From the NCBI RefSeq assembly GCF_964355755.1, contig NC_092672.1:31068437-31132436 (forward strand): a DNA stretch of 64,000 bases. The letters run 5' to 3'. Positions 25,324-37,889 of this stretch are shown piece after piece. The notes under the pieces were generated by a model, which did no database searches, was not told the DNA's origin, and saw only the letters and a list, made by a program, of their open reading frames with translations. Both the position numbers and the translations under genes were made by a program. Numbering within the stretch: position 1 is the first letter of the stretch; each line of letters starts with the position of its first letter. Origin of the DNA: Antedon mediterranea (Eukaryota > Animalia > Echinodermata).

Positions 25324-25611
25324 TTATTGTGTATTTGTTTCTTGTATACCGAATTTAAGATCGTCTTCGCCAACTTCTTGGATAGGAGGGCAATAATTGA
25401 CGGCGGCACCGTTGTCTTCAAAAACTCCATTGCTTCCTGAAGCTGTGCCGGATGCATTATCGTTGTTGTTCTCGTCTTGTGAACCAACATCGTTGTTTCC
25501 AACCTCTTCAATAGAAAAAGCACCGCCTCCAACTCTAAGCCAAAACTTGTCGATGCCGATTTGTATATCTTCCTCTTTAATCCCAGTATTGTTTAGTTCG
25601 TGATCTCCCAT
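25324..25611 (-). CDS. Type B family copy B1 (95 aa from the ATG in the main exon)
   Basis: ttttactttcacag|ccATGG acceptor and strong start context; EEDIQIGI, FSIEEVG, NYCPPIQEVGE, LKFGIQETNTQ-stop shared with type A. Confidence 0.78.
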   Translation of the reverse strand: MGDHELNNTGIKEEDIQIGIDKFWLRVGGGAFSIEEVGNNDVGSQDENNNDNASGTASGSNGVFEDNGAAVNYCPPIQEVGEDDLKFGIQETNTQ

Positions 25612-25909
25612 GGCTGTGAAAGTAAAATATAATTATAATGACATTGATTACTGATTTCTTCACACTTATCATTTATTAATTTACTTATTCACTTCTATAT
25701 CTCTATACAAACCGAGATTAATAATTACTGTATATATTTAAACCATCGTTGCCTCGTCTGTTTTTTTTTTTAACCTCTCGCTACGACCTTGAGTATTATT
25801 GGTAGTAGGACTTTAGTAATAGCAGTATTGTTTTTTATGTTATTGCAAACGGTATACATACTAAAATTTAAGTTTTTGTAGATACCGTACTCATATATTT
25901 ATACCATAC

Positions 25910-26022
25910 CCATGTGATTTGAGACTGAACCTCCCTTGGCAAACATTTCCGACGTACTCGCGTCCTTCGTTGACACCGAAAGTGCACTTGATGGCTTTTA
26001 TTCTAGCTTTTATTAATAAATC
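25910..26022 (-). other. Candidate leader exon of B1
   Basis: G|gtatgg donor at 25910; ATG 25946 gives MFAKGGSVSNHM in phase with the B1 acceptor; similar to segments at 52634-52835 and 54973-55121. Confidence 0.35.
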
Positions 26023-27723
26023 TATTCTCAATATTTAAACACTAACTACAACTTAATTTACAACAAAAATAACACTTTTTTGCCTATTTAATATCAGTGC
26101 GTTGTGCCCAGGATAACACGGTTGGTATAAACAAACATAAGTTTAACAATAGATTTATTTATTTATTTATTTCGTTTTCTTTCTGGTATAAACAAACATA
26201 AGTTTAACAATAGATTTATTTATTTATTTATTTCGTTTTCTTTCAGTAGGGTAGCTCTCTCAGTAATAAAATAAAACTGCTCTTCCGAGGGGCCCTAGAT
26301 AATTATCAACTTTCGAGCATTGTTTACTTAGGTGATGACGAAGCAAAAAGAAAAGGCTAGACACGCGGGGATTGGGATAAAAAAAAAACAACTCGGTTTT
26401 TTATACTCGTATCAAAACACTTTACATTAAGTGAAATGATTTTTTTGAATTACAAATTATAATGTTTGCCACTCGCAAATAATAACAGATACATTCTTAA
26501 TAACTTCCTGAAAATAACTGTTTTTCTGTTATATCCCGCCGTTCGGCGAAATCGCTCGGATTTTTGGGTACATAAAACAAATTGTGCGGATCAATCGAAT
26601 AAATCGACGGCAATCCTGTCATGTGTCAGCGTAATAGATAGTTAGCGTAATAAATAGTTAGCGATAGTTAGCGTAATTAGGCCTAATGCCTTCTGTTGTG
26701 ATCTGAGGGTGCTCACCGCAGCCTTAATATAATAATGCTCATAAGCTCTCACAAGTAAATCTAAACACTCATTGAATTATTGTTTTAAACATTAACAAGT
26801 ATTTTTCTTTTAAATTAAAATGACTGCATTCCGCCTTGTTAGTACATTTGAATAGTCTTTGCTAGGTTTGCGTTAAAATAGGGCAGATTTTGTTTTTAAA
26901 TGGTTGCTAATTTGCATAACAATGTAATGAAGGAAAATGTATTGCATATGGTACTGGTACTGCACCTATGGTAGAGGTGTCATATTTTATTTTCAAAATC
27001 GCCTCTACTCAACTACAACCATGGTGGGGCTAAGTTGGTGTGGACTCTAAAGTTTCTCCCTCCCCACAGCCCCACTCATCCAAAACTCATCCCCGCCGCG
27101 GCTAGTGTAATGGGATGAATTTGTACTTAAAAGTATAAATATGTTATAAATATATTAATTAACTATAATAACTATAATAAAGACCAAACTATAATTTGAT
27201 TAAATCCTAATTTATCAAACGATATGCACAACTTACTGTTATTATTATAGGAACCTGAAAAAGGGTGTCTCAGTGTTACTATGTAGAATATCCACCGAAT
27301 ATCCAATTTAATATTACTGCAGGCCTATTACCTGTACCTGTTTAAAGGTCCAGGTCGCGGATGTATAACATTTCAGTAAGTAGATTTGTTACATATAATG
27401 TGTTCTGTAACCAAGGTACTTAAAATGTCTAAAAATAACTGAAATATTCGATATATCCGAGTGTTTTAGATTCTACATTAAAGTAATTAAGCCTACCTTC
27501 GATATGCAAAGATTACGTATGATATAAGAACAAAACAAGAATGACGTAAACCATCTACTTTTTCAATTTTTCGCCAACTACACTGCCCATAGGCAACTGC
27601 ACGAATACAACGCACTTCTAAATTAGAATAGTATACACTGCTCTGACACACCTTTACTGTCAATCTTTCTATCTAAATAATTTGTTTAGCCAATCGGCAT
27701 TGAATACCAAAACAAATTATTCT

Positions 27724-27911
27724 GTTACAACAAACAGTAGGACTGGGGATCGTCTCTATGTTGATTCACCGTTATTATGGAGAATCTCCCTATTAAATAT
27801 TGTATTAGCCAATCGGCATTGAATACCAAATACAATGTTTAATAGGGAGATTCCCCCATAATAATGGTGAATCAACATATTGAGACGATCCCCAGTTCTG
27901 TTTGTTGTAAC
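27724..27911. mobile_element. Hairpin MITE
   Basis: About 80-bp imperfect inverted arms GTTACAACAAACAG...CTCCCTATTAAATATTGTATT around a short loop. Confidence 0.7.
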
Positions 27912-28759
27912 TAAACTGGCAGGTATTAATATAAGGAGTTTTCATATTCGTAAAGCGTATTCGTGTTTACGAATATCACCAGTCATATTCGTAACTACAA
28001 AACGAGTATAGTATTAGATCTATTTTGCACATTTTGGAAATTTTCTTCTGTCTGAAGAGGTTGTCAATGCTCAGTACATCAATTTCAAGAATAAACTAGA
28101 CAAATTTTGGTCCTTCAAACCATAAAAAAGTACTCATAAAAATAGTTTCCCAATTTTGGCATTCAGATATTAAAGCATCAAATTAATTGTATACAATATA
28201 TTAATCTACGAAATATAACATTAACAATATAAACAAAAATGCCCGTGGTTCCGTAATTTAAAAAAAAAGAAGAACGTTTGGTCTGATAATAAGACTGAAG
28301 TATACATAAGTAGCGATCCCCGATGAACGTGACGTGGGTATATGGCTCCAGGCCTGGAAAGTCTAATACCATTTGTCCAAACCAGTATAAAGTGTAAATT
28401 ATACAAAATAGGATATATTTAGTACTCATTGCATTTTCATCAATAAAATCATATACTTTTAGATCGATTTTGGCATAAAAAAAAGGTTAAATAATCGATT
28501 ATCCTCGATAATGTATAATGCATCAATAACTCTAGGCCTAATTGTGTCAAATATTATGTTTGTCTTGACATTATGATGGCAAAATACAATGTTGACGCGA
28601 TCTAATTGTCGTGATTTTAGTAAGATACAGAGTTGGATGTGGTGAGTGTCTATACCTTAACGCCACCTTCCACTCTCGTAAAGAAGAAGAAGCTATTGAC
28701 TTGTATTTGAATTAAATAAGTCTAAGCCTCCTTTGATATGCAAAAAATACTCACTGTAA

Positions 28760-29110
28760 ACAAAATGATCCACCGACTGAAAACTTTCAATTCAGTCAAC
28801 CGCCTACTTTCAATTAATTAGTTTGTGCCGGCTACTTTTTGCTACTGCTGCCTATTGCAAGTACTTTCAATTTTGCGCCGATAACTATAACAGTTACTGC
28901 CGGTGCACTGTACTCTTGAAGTTAGTGTCCATCATCTGGGGTCACATTTGGGGATCACCTCATCAAATCTGAATCATCTGGTATGGGGAATCCCCGATTA
29001 GGTGAAGTCATGCGTTTGGTCTGATAAATGAGACTACTGATGCATGCGTAATTAATTTGGTTTGTGCTATGTTCTAATAGGGGCGGGGCTATTCCCAATG
29101 ACGTCACAGT
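28760..29110. promoter_or_regulatory. Cluster of NF-kB, IRF, GC-box and CRE-like sites in a diverged homolog of the type A upstream region
   Basis: GGGGAATCCCC 28985-28995; ACTTTCAATT at 28783, 28806, 28863; GGGGCGGGG 29080; TGACGTCA 29099. Confidence 0.45.
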
Positions 29111-30544
29111 TCAGCCAGTCAGTCAGCCTTTATAGACCTTTAATACATTCTATACACACTAATATTTCCTATACCAGGTATAAAAACATTCGTCGACACA
29201 CTGTATTATATTTTGAACTCCAAAATCTTGAAATAAACACATGCAGCTTTTACTATAGGTTGCTTCTGTCTATATATAAAATGAAATAAAAACTGCGCCT
29301 ACTTCGTGATACGCAACTTTTATGAATAAAATACGAACATTATTCTGTAAAAGGTGGTCTCAGTTTCTAATAAAGCATTCTCACTACTCTAAAACAGTGC
29401 GTTACTTCCACGTATACCCCTACCATGAGACACCAGCTGTTTAGTTGTTGTATACCACACCGCCAAATCTAATCCACAGGACTAGTTATATTTATAATGT
29501 ACTGTACCTTAATGTATGTTGTATGTGAGCGTAAACATTTTGGAGAACTTTCCCATGCAGGAGAGCATGTATTTTCCTGTAGGTAAACTATACCATAATA
29601 TGTCCATATTAATAAATATGACTCACAAAGGTGTACAGAATACAAAACTCAATCTCAAACAAAGTAAATAATTCTGATCATTCTACACTCTCTCTACACC
29701 CGCTCTTTTTCATTTATCAATTAGGGTATTATTTCGACGACATTACCTTTGTGAAAACTGGTAACACGTACCTCATAATCACACACAAATATAATTTTAA
29801 TTTCGTCACAGGTTGACACAATAGACATTTCCGATATGCCTGATGAACCACGGTGGATTTTAGAACCAAACCTTTCATTATACATGGACTATTACAACCC
29901 TGTGCATAAGAGTATTAACTATAAATTTACTAGAACCAACTATAATCACTATTTACATTAATCATGAAAGGCATGCCGGTCAAATAGGCTGCACTTGCAT
30001 CCTGAGCAGAAAATCATCCAGGTTCGAATGAGGTATTAATTTCACTCCCTTGTTGTTAAATCATAATGCGAAAGAATGAACGGAGCCGTTTTCCACGTGC
30101 CGAATATGTATCTATATATCAATTTACCTAAATAAGGAAATTAAAAATCTTTAAAATCTTCTGGTCGGGTTAAATTGATAAATATAAACATTTCAACAAT
30201 ATGTCAGCCCTACCGTGGTTGGGGCTGCCAGTGAGAACATTTGTAGGAATATGGACTTATTTTAATGATTTAATTCTAATGAGAGGCGTATCAACTCAAT
30301 AAGTGTGTAACAGTAACGGTCGCGGTGGTGCGGAACCCAATAGAGAGCACGTATTAAAAATGAATTGTACATCTATAGATAAAAATGATAATAATTAAAT
30401 ATTTATTTAGCAAAATGTACAAGTACACTGCCCATAAATCCACCAAAGTGCTCAAGGCGCTTGTTGAACCCCAAAGGAAAACAAAACCGTAAACCTAAAC
30501 AACAGACAAAATCTAGACAAAAATATGTCAATATAAAATTAATG

Positions 30545-30870
30545 TATGAAAAATATGACCACTTTAAATTTTGAAAAAAACCTAAAAACTACCAAATCTA
30601 GAAAAAAAAACTATTGTTATATTTATTGATTTCATACGCATCCAACAGCAAGTAACTCGCCAATTACAGGATGGATAATTAGTCAATACAAATTGTATAC
30701 ACATATAAAATATGACCACTTTATAGAAATTTAAAAAAAAACTAAAAACTACCAAATCTAGAAAAAAAATATTGTTATATTTATTTATTTCATACGCATC
30801 CAACAGCAAGTAACACGCCAATTAATTAGTCAATACAAATGGTATGCATAAAAAATAAGACCACTTTATA
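30545..30870. repeat. Tandem duplication of about 160 bp containing a SINE tail
   Basis: AAAATATGACCACTTTA...CTAAAAACTACCAAATCTAG...CATACGCATCCAACAGCAAGTAAC occurs twice. Confidence 0.8.
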
Positions 30871-33684
30871 AAATAATATAAAGAAATATGATAAAATATT
30901 TATTAGGCCTACTACCGGGTGTCTTGTAGTAGTATAGGACCGTTTAGACCTGCATAAATAGAGGACGGATCTGGTGTGTTAGTATCTTTTTTATAGTGAA
31001 ATCTGTACTTACCAGGCTCTGTCAGAAAAATAAATGTATCTTCAAAAAGACGACAGAAGAAGCGTCGAGGATATATATTTCACGAATTGAATGAAAAAAG
31101 CACATGTTGAACCAGTCGTTTCAATATCCTAGCCCCGCCTCCTTTAAACAACCACTCAGCGCTCTAGGATGTTGTCACTGACTTTAGACGGGAGGGATAA
31201 CACATGCGCAGTCCACCAGCGAGTCATTGCAAAAAAGAATGTAAACAAAGTAGATAGAACTTGACATCATGGACTACGTCCATACAATACAACCTGTTAT
31301 AAACTGTAGATTAAATAAAGTCATGGTTATTGAGTGATATATTGCCATATTATTATAGTTCAGATTAAAGTGTCAAGTTTTTTTAGAGATTTTAAACTAG
31401 CTACCACACAATTGTAGGCCTATATAGCCTACCCATTTACGGAAGCTATAGAGTAATTAGCTACACTTTCTTTCTCAGCGATGACATATCCATCCATATA
31501 GCTTTAGGTATAGATGAATTCACAGAGACCTCTTCACGATTAGTTAGAGAAAAAAAAACTGATATGAAGGTCTTTAAAAAGAGAAATTACCAAATTGAAA
31601 ATATTAACTGGAAAATTAATAGTAATGTAAAGGCGCTTTCAGATTGTTTTTTTTTTTTCAAACATAATCACGAAAACTGGGATAATAGAATTTTGTTTAA
31701 ACTCAAAATATAATGAATCCATGGTCTAATGGTATCTGACATTTAGTGGTGGAATATGTATTATTAAGTTCAATTTCAATTTGTGTGTTTTTTAAACAGG
31801 TAAAACAAAATTGGTAGCATGGTTATAAGACAAAGAGCGGATACAAATTAAAAACATATAAAAAAGATCTAGGCATATAGAAAAACTGACAATATAAAAA
31901 CATACAAATAACATTGAAAAATAGCAACTATAAAATAAAAAGTAAAAAACCTGGAAAACATTCAAATTAGTTGGCATAAAAGTCTGTGTAAGGTTACTGT
32001 AAAAGTGTTTCAATTAAAATTACCTTTTGAATTCAGAATTGTATGTACACTTTGTATGGCATTATGAAAGAATATCTAGTCCTTGTATTGATTCTGATTC
32101 CTCTTATTCGTTATTCTATTTACAGTTAAATACAAATCAGTCTTTCATGACTGTAGATGGTGGTCATCCAGGTTACATAGGCCTACATTGCACCTAATGG
32201 TTCTCCAGCGATTTTCATAATGCGCAGTATTGTCATTTTGTTATACATTGTAAGGTTACTAAACTATAATGACAGTAGTAAAATTTGGGTCAACTTTGGC
32301 CATTGCTTTGCTTTTTTGCAAAGATCGTCAGTATTCGACGTCCATGTAAGCTTACAGTCTGATGTTACCCAAGTATACTTATTTATTAAAAGTCTCAATT
32401 AATATCATCACCATTAAATTCAAACTTTCTAAGTTCACCTTTCTGACCAGTTTTAAATCGAAGAAAATCTAAAAGCGGTGTAAATAAATAACTCCATTTT
32501 CTTGGGAGCAGAAACAGGGCAATTTTGTGGTAACCGGTTAAAAGGCAGCGCCAAATAACCGGTTAAAAACACCCACCATTCAATTCGGTGTTACATCACA
32601 AACATTACTGCCTTTAATGACACTTGACATACCAATTTAAATTGCATCGGCTAAGATGCATTAAAGAATTGAATTTAAAAATATGCAGTACCTCTTTACT
32701 ATCTTGGAAACCTCACAACAGGTGAATATAAAGATATAGGCCTAACCCGATTAATTATGTCGATTGACACAATATATTTACAAAAATAGTACGACTATAA
32801 GAGAGATGTTAAGAATACACATGACAAAGTGATGGTTCCGAAAGGGACATTATTCTTAAATCTACAAAATCAAAGGCGCTATAATAAATAATATTAACAG
32901 GTACTGAATAATACTATTTATCGTTCTTATGGTTTTAAACCAACCTTTTCTAACAACAATATAGCCTATTGACATTAGAACATTTGGTTATACATTGTTA
33001 TTATAAACATAGTTTTGATTATTTTAAAAACACCTGTTGTAGCCTTTGCATGTTATCTCCCAAAAAAATATTTTAAAAATAACAATGGTTACTTTTACCG
33101 ACCACTGGCTGCCCAGTAGAACTTATCAACTTACTTAAAGTTAACTTATGGTCTCGTAAAGCTAGCCACGCTGGCTAAAAAGTCCAATATGAACGTGTCA
33201 CTCAGGTTAACACATGACATTCACTTTGTGTCAATTGTTGTTTTTTAACATCACAGTAAATTGTTATACAACCTGGTAAAACTATAACTGCGTGCAAAAT
33301 AGTGCAAACAATGGTTTAATCATGGACCTATAAATTAGTCGATCTCATGGTTAATTTTCTAAAAAAAAGGCTTTATAGGCCTATATCGGTATCTTTATTT
33401 CCACAAAACAAAATAGTTCAATACAAAAAATATAAGTGCCAGGCAACCAATAATTGAGGGGACTCATTTACAATTAGTAAAATATATAGTGGGCCTATAA
33501 ATATAAAAATAAGAAAAAAAAAATAGCAAGTGACTCGCCTCAAGGGCATTGGCTGTTCTTGCGCTGCTCCATGCGGGGGTGGCTGAAGTCATCTCTCGTT
33601 AATGAAGCACTCAACATTGAGAATAAACTATCAATCTATGGTGCATTATTCCTTGATATGTTTGCGATTAAATCCACAATACTT

Positions 33685-36345
33685 CCACTTCCAATACTCC
33701 ATTCCATTAATACTTCATTTGAAAATAAAGAATTCTTATTAAGTACATTTATTGATTTATCTAAGGCGTTTGATGTTATAAGTCATAAAATATTACTTTC
33801 TAAACTTTTTCGTTATGGTATTAGAGGTATATCTCATGACTGGTTCACAAGTTACCTCAGCGGATAGAAACAATATGTTCAGATTGGTACATTTAAATCA
33901 TCGACGAGGGAGATAAAACAAACATAACCACAGTGTGGAGTACTACAGGGATCTGTTCTTGGTCCGTTACTGTTGTTGATATACGTAAATGATTTACCTC
34001 GCGTTAGTGATACTCTTCATGTTGTTTCCTTCGCCGATGATACTATATTATTCAAATAATAATATTGTTAATTTGTATAAAAACTTTAATAGCGAATTAA
34101 CATAGATTTGTGCTTGGTTCACTGCAAATAAGCTTTTGATAAATACTACTAAAACCAATTATATTTTATTTAACTCACACCGTAGAAAGTCTAAACTTAA
34201 ACTAAAAAATCTAAATATTTATCTTAATGGCAATATCATCGAACGCAAAATTGAGACTGCTTTTCTTGGTGTAATTATCCACGAAAATCTAAATTGGTCT
34301 AGCCATCAAAAGTATATTTGCAATAAAATATCTAAATACATTGGGATTATAAACAAACTGAAGCACTTTTTTCCTCAACATATTTTGCTTAATTTATATA
34401 ATTCTTTTATTCTTCCTCATTTGCAATATTGTCAGTGGCGTAACAGGCGGGGGGGGTAGGGGGGCGGAATACCCCCCTGGCGGATTTTACCGGGTTGAGA
34501 AGCGTTCGATCGGGCTGGGTAACAAGTCAAAAAAATAAAATAAAATACAAAGAAGGGATAGAAGAAAGAAAAAGAAAGAAAATATAAGAATAAAATATAC
34601 GATATATGATATGGCTTCAAATGAGTCACAGTACAGTATGGTATTCAAGTAAGATGATATGAAATACACAAAATCCTGACTGACAACTCGTGGGAAGACG
34701 CACTGCTTATCAGTACATTAACATGCACACAATTGTGACGCTGTGCTGTGCGTGTGAGGCCACCTTAAAAAAATACACTCCTACTAATCGTATGTAACGC
34801 GCTAGCGATCAGCAAAATGAACGTACTTTCGTGGCTGGCTGTCACTCCAATACTCAATCTTTCACAGGCATACTAACACAACACTACGATTGTTTACTAC
34901 AGGCCTAGTCAAGCCTTAATAAATTTAATTAATATAAATCGACATAAGAATATAAAGTTTATTTTAACTAAAATATTAAAACCTAACACTAAATTTACAA
35001 GATAAATTCTATTTGATAACTGCTGAACATCGTGGTTCTGGAGCTAGCCGTACACAGAGCATAGTTGTTTGCTTGACATAAAAGGGTATTCCCCTACACA
35101 GGTCTCTGCGTGCGTGTGACGTGCCCAGCCAGCTGCTTGATAGTATAGAGAGAAAGCATGCAGCTCACGCAAGTGCAAGATGCAATGGTTGAGTGAATTC
35201 AGGGATCATCTTAATTCCATGGTTTGTTACCTAAACACCACATGATGGTGAATATGCCTGTTAAAGTCTCAATGATACGATCCCTTAATGTACCATGTTG
35301 TTGCTAGGAGGCTTAAAAGGAGGAGGGATCTAGCCTAGTTTCGGTCGGCAAGAGAATGCCGTCCTCTGATAATTTAAGGTCGGCAATAAGGTCGGCAATT
35401 GGGTCGGCAATTGAAATTCGTGGGCTGGAAATTTCACCAAATTATATAGTTCATAAACAAAAGAGTTTAGCCGGAAATGCGATTTGCGGCCATACTATAG
35501 GCCTATAGAGAAAAAAAATCCACCCCGCCGTCAAACCTGGTTACGGCCCTGTTTCAGTCTTCTAACCGGAAAAATTACTACCTTTGCCAGGTGCGGATCC
35601 AATGTTATGTTAGATTGGGTTTTCACATGTTCAAATGTTATGTCACCTGAGTTTTTAACGGTGGAAAATGTACGATCATTTTGCTGATTGCTGTGCAATA
35701 AATGGGAGTGTTATTTCCAGGCCAACTACTACTAGGCCTAGTTAGGCGCCATTTATCATGAATTTTATGTGCGAGAGTACCATTTCCGACGATCTAGGGG
35801 TGTCATTTACCAAAATTCGCTTCGCCACAGCCCCCACCATGGGGGGCTGTGGCTCAAGTACTTGGTGTCTGGAAGGATTTGCTCCTCTTTTCCCCCCCCC
35901 TGACAAGACCCCCTTGTTACGCGGCTGAATATTGTAACATTATCTGGGCAGCCGACTTTACCATTAATATCATGAAAATCTTTAAATTACAGTAAAAGTA
36001 ATTTACGAGGCTAAAAAAGACTCAAGTTTTTGGGGTGTCACGAAACCTAAGACCACGAAAGCGAAATAACAAATAACAAATCTTTGTTATTTGTTAAATG
36101 AAAAAAATAAACCATTTATAAATTTTTTTTTTAGGATTATAATTTATAGATCTACTATCATTAGCTAATAATTTGTCATGCAGTTGCTCTTTTGTTGTTT
36201 TTGTTTTGGGGTTGGTATTTGACAAGTTCTTTTACTTTTTTTCTGATCCCAGAAACAGTTCTTATTTAATGTTACCATTTTAAGTTATTGTAATTAATGT
36301 ATGCTGTTTTATTTCATGAACTGTTTCTAAATAAATGTTGTTGAT
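33685..36345 (+). mobile_element. Duplicate of the decayed LINE RT at 22.0-23.8 kb, interrupted by a hAT-like element
   Basis: Near-identical sequence with the same disabling stops and shared downstream flank, so a segmental duplicate and not an independent insertion. Confidence 0.9.
34433..35927. mobile_element. Non-autonomous hAT-like element
   Basis: Termini CAGTGGCGTAACA / TGTTACGCGGCTG, 8-bp TSD AATATTGT; empty site in the paralog near 23256. Confidence 0.88.
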
Positions 36346-36636
36346 TGACACAATGGTAGGAATTGTACTAAAAGTGTTGTTTTATGTAGGCCTACCCAAA
36401 ACGGCGTGAAATCAATACAGATAATTATGATGCACAAATCAGGCCCGTAGGCAGGATTGCTATGGAGTAGTTCGAATTAAAGTACCAACGATTGTATTAA
36501 AAAATCCAAAGATTTACCTGAAGATTAACCGAATGTACAAACAATAATTTATTTAATTCTGAATGTAGTCCACAGTGTTAAATTGTCTTTGATGTTATCA
36601 TTGAATTATTGCTTTAAACATTAACAAGTATTTTTC

Positions 36637-36882
36637 TTTCGTTTTTACTCAAAATACTATACATTTTGTTTTTATTTGTATGGGTTTGTGTTAATTTGAT
36701 ACATTTAAATAACATGTGTGAATTTCTTGAAAATCGAAATTCCATTTCAGGTCCATTTTAAAATGGACCTGAAATGGAATTTCGATTTTCAAGAAATTCA
36801 CACATGTTATTTAAATGTATCAAATTAACACAAACCCATACAAATAAAAACAAAATGTTTAGTATTTTGAGTAAAAACGAAA
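36637..36882. repeat. Spacerless palindrome with 123-bp arms
   Basis: Centre GTCCATTTT|AAAATGGAC at 36759/36760; arms complementary except one mismatch seen. Confidence 0.92.
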
Positions 36883-37888
36883 TTTTAAGATACCATGGTA
36901 AATTAGCGAAAATTACTCACGCCATTGCAATATTCTATTTCAACGGCCGTCGGAAGCCTCTATATTCACGACGTCACATATACACACGATGATATCGAGA
37001 GCGTGTATGCCGCCCGATAGTCAGTGAATGATCGACGGCCTGGAAAGATACGCGAAGCGTTGACACTAATACTAATTTATTCAATATCTAATGTTGTTGA
37101 AATATAGGTCCCTAAAATGTACTTCGTTTGTTCTAAAACCCGAATTTAGAAGGCCTACCTCCCAAACCTTTACTAGGCCTAGGCCCCCAATCCAGTGCGC
37201 GGAATCGATCCACCACCCACATCATGCGGCGAGGCTCCGTTTCATGTGCATCCAAGGACCAAAGCGATATCAACAACTTGCTGCGCTCATTGTCAAGCCA
37301 AAGTAAAATATGAATAAAATTCGTTTTCGAACTGCCTGATTCGTGACAAATAAATTATCATCTCATATTACTAATTTAATTCTGCTAAACTAAAAACTAA
37401 AGAAACTAACACATTTTAGCAGTATAAATTACGAACGATACAAAATACACGAACGGAAAATATGGATACGCATCATTGCGCACGGAGCTGTATCCCGGAC
37501 AACGTTGCCAGGCCAACTTCGGTATTGCCAGAAAAAAACCGTTGATTTTAAGATTTTAAATCGTCATTTACTCGATGAATAACCGTTTATACGGTAATAA
37601 TTTTATCTAACAAAATTCTAAATACGTTTCTGCAAATGCACAAGCATTTTTTAGAAAATACTCCATAGATTTAAAGAGTTATAGCCAAAAAACTGCAAAT
37701 TGTCCATTGGAGGGATAGGAATATATTCGCAAAGTGACGTCACCCGCGAATTTTTTTGATTTTCAAATGGGGCTTTCCCCAAAAGGGCCAATTTATATTT
37801 TGTAACAATATACATTCTAGCAACACCTAATAGCCCCCAAAACATCATTCTAAAATGAAAAAAATCGAAAATCCATTTCAGGTCCATT
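36762..37888. mobile_element. TTAA-flanked non-autonomous DNA transposon (Kolobok-like)
   Basis: TTAA|AATGGACCTGAAATGGA ... TCCATTTCAGGTCCATT|TTAA; empty site in the paralog near 24060. Confidence 0.8.
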
Positions 37889-37889
37889 T

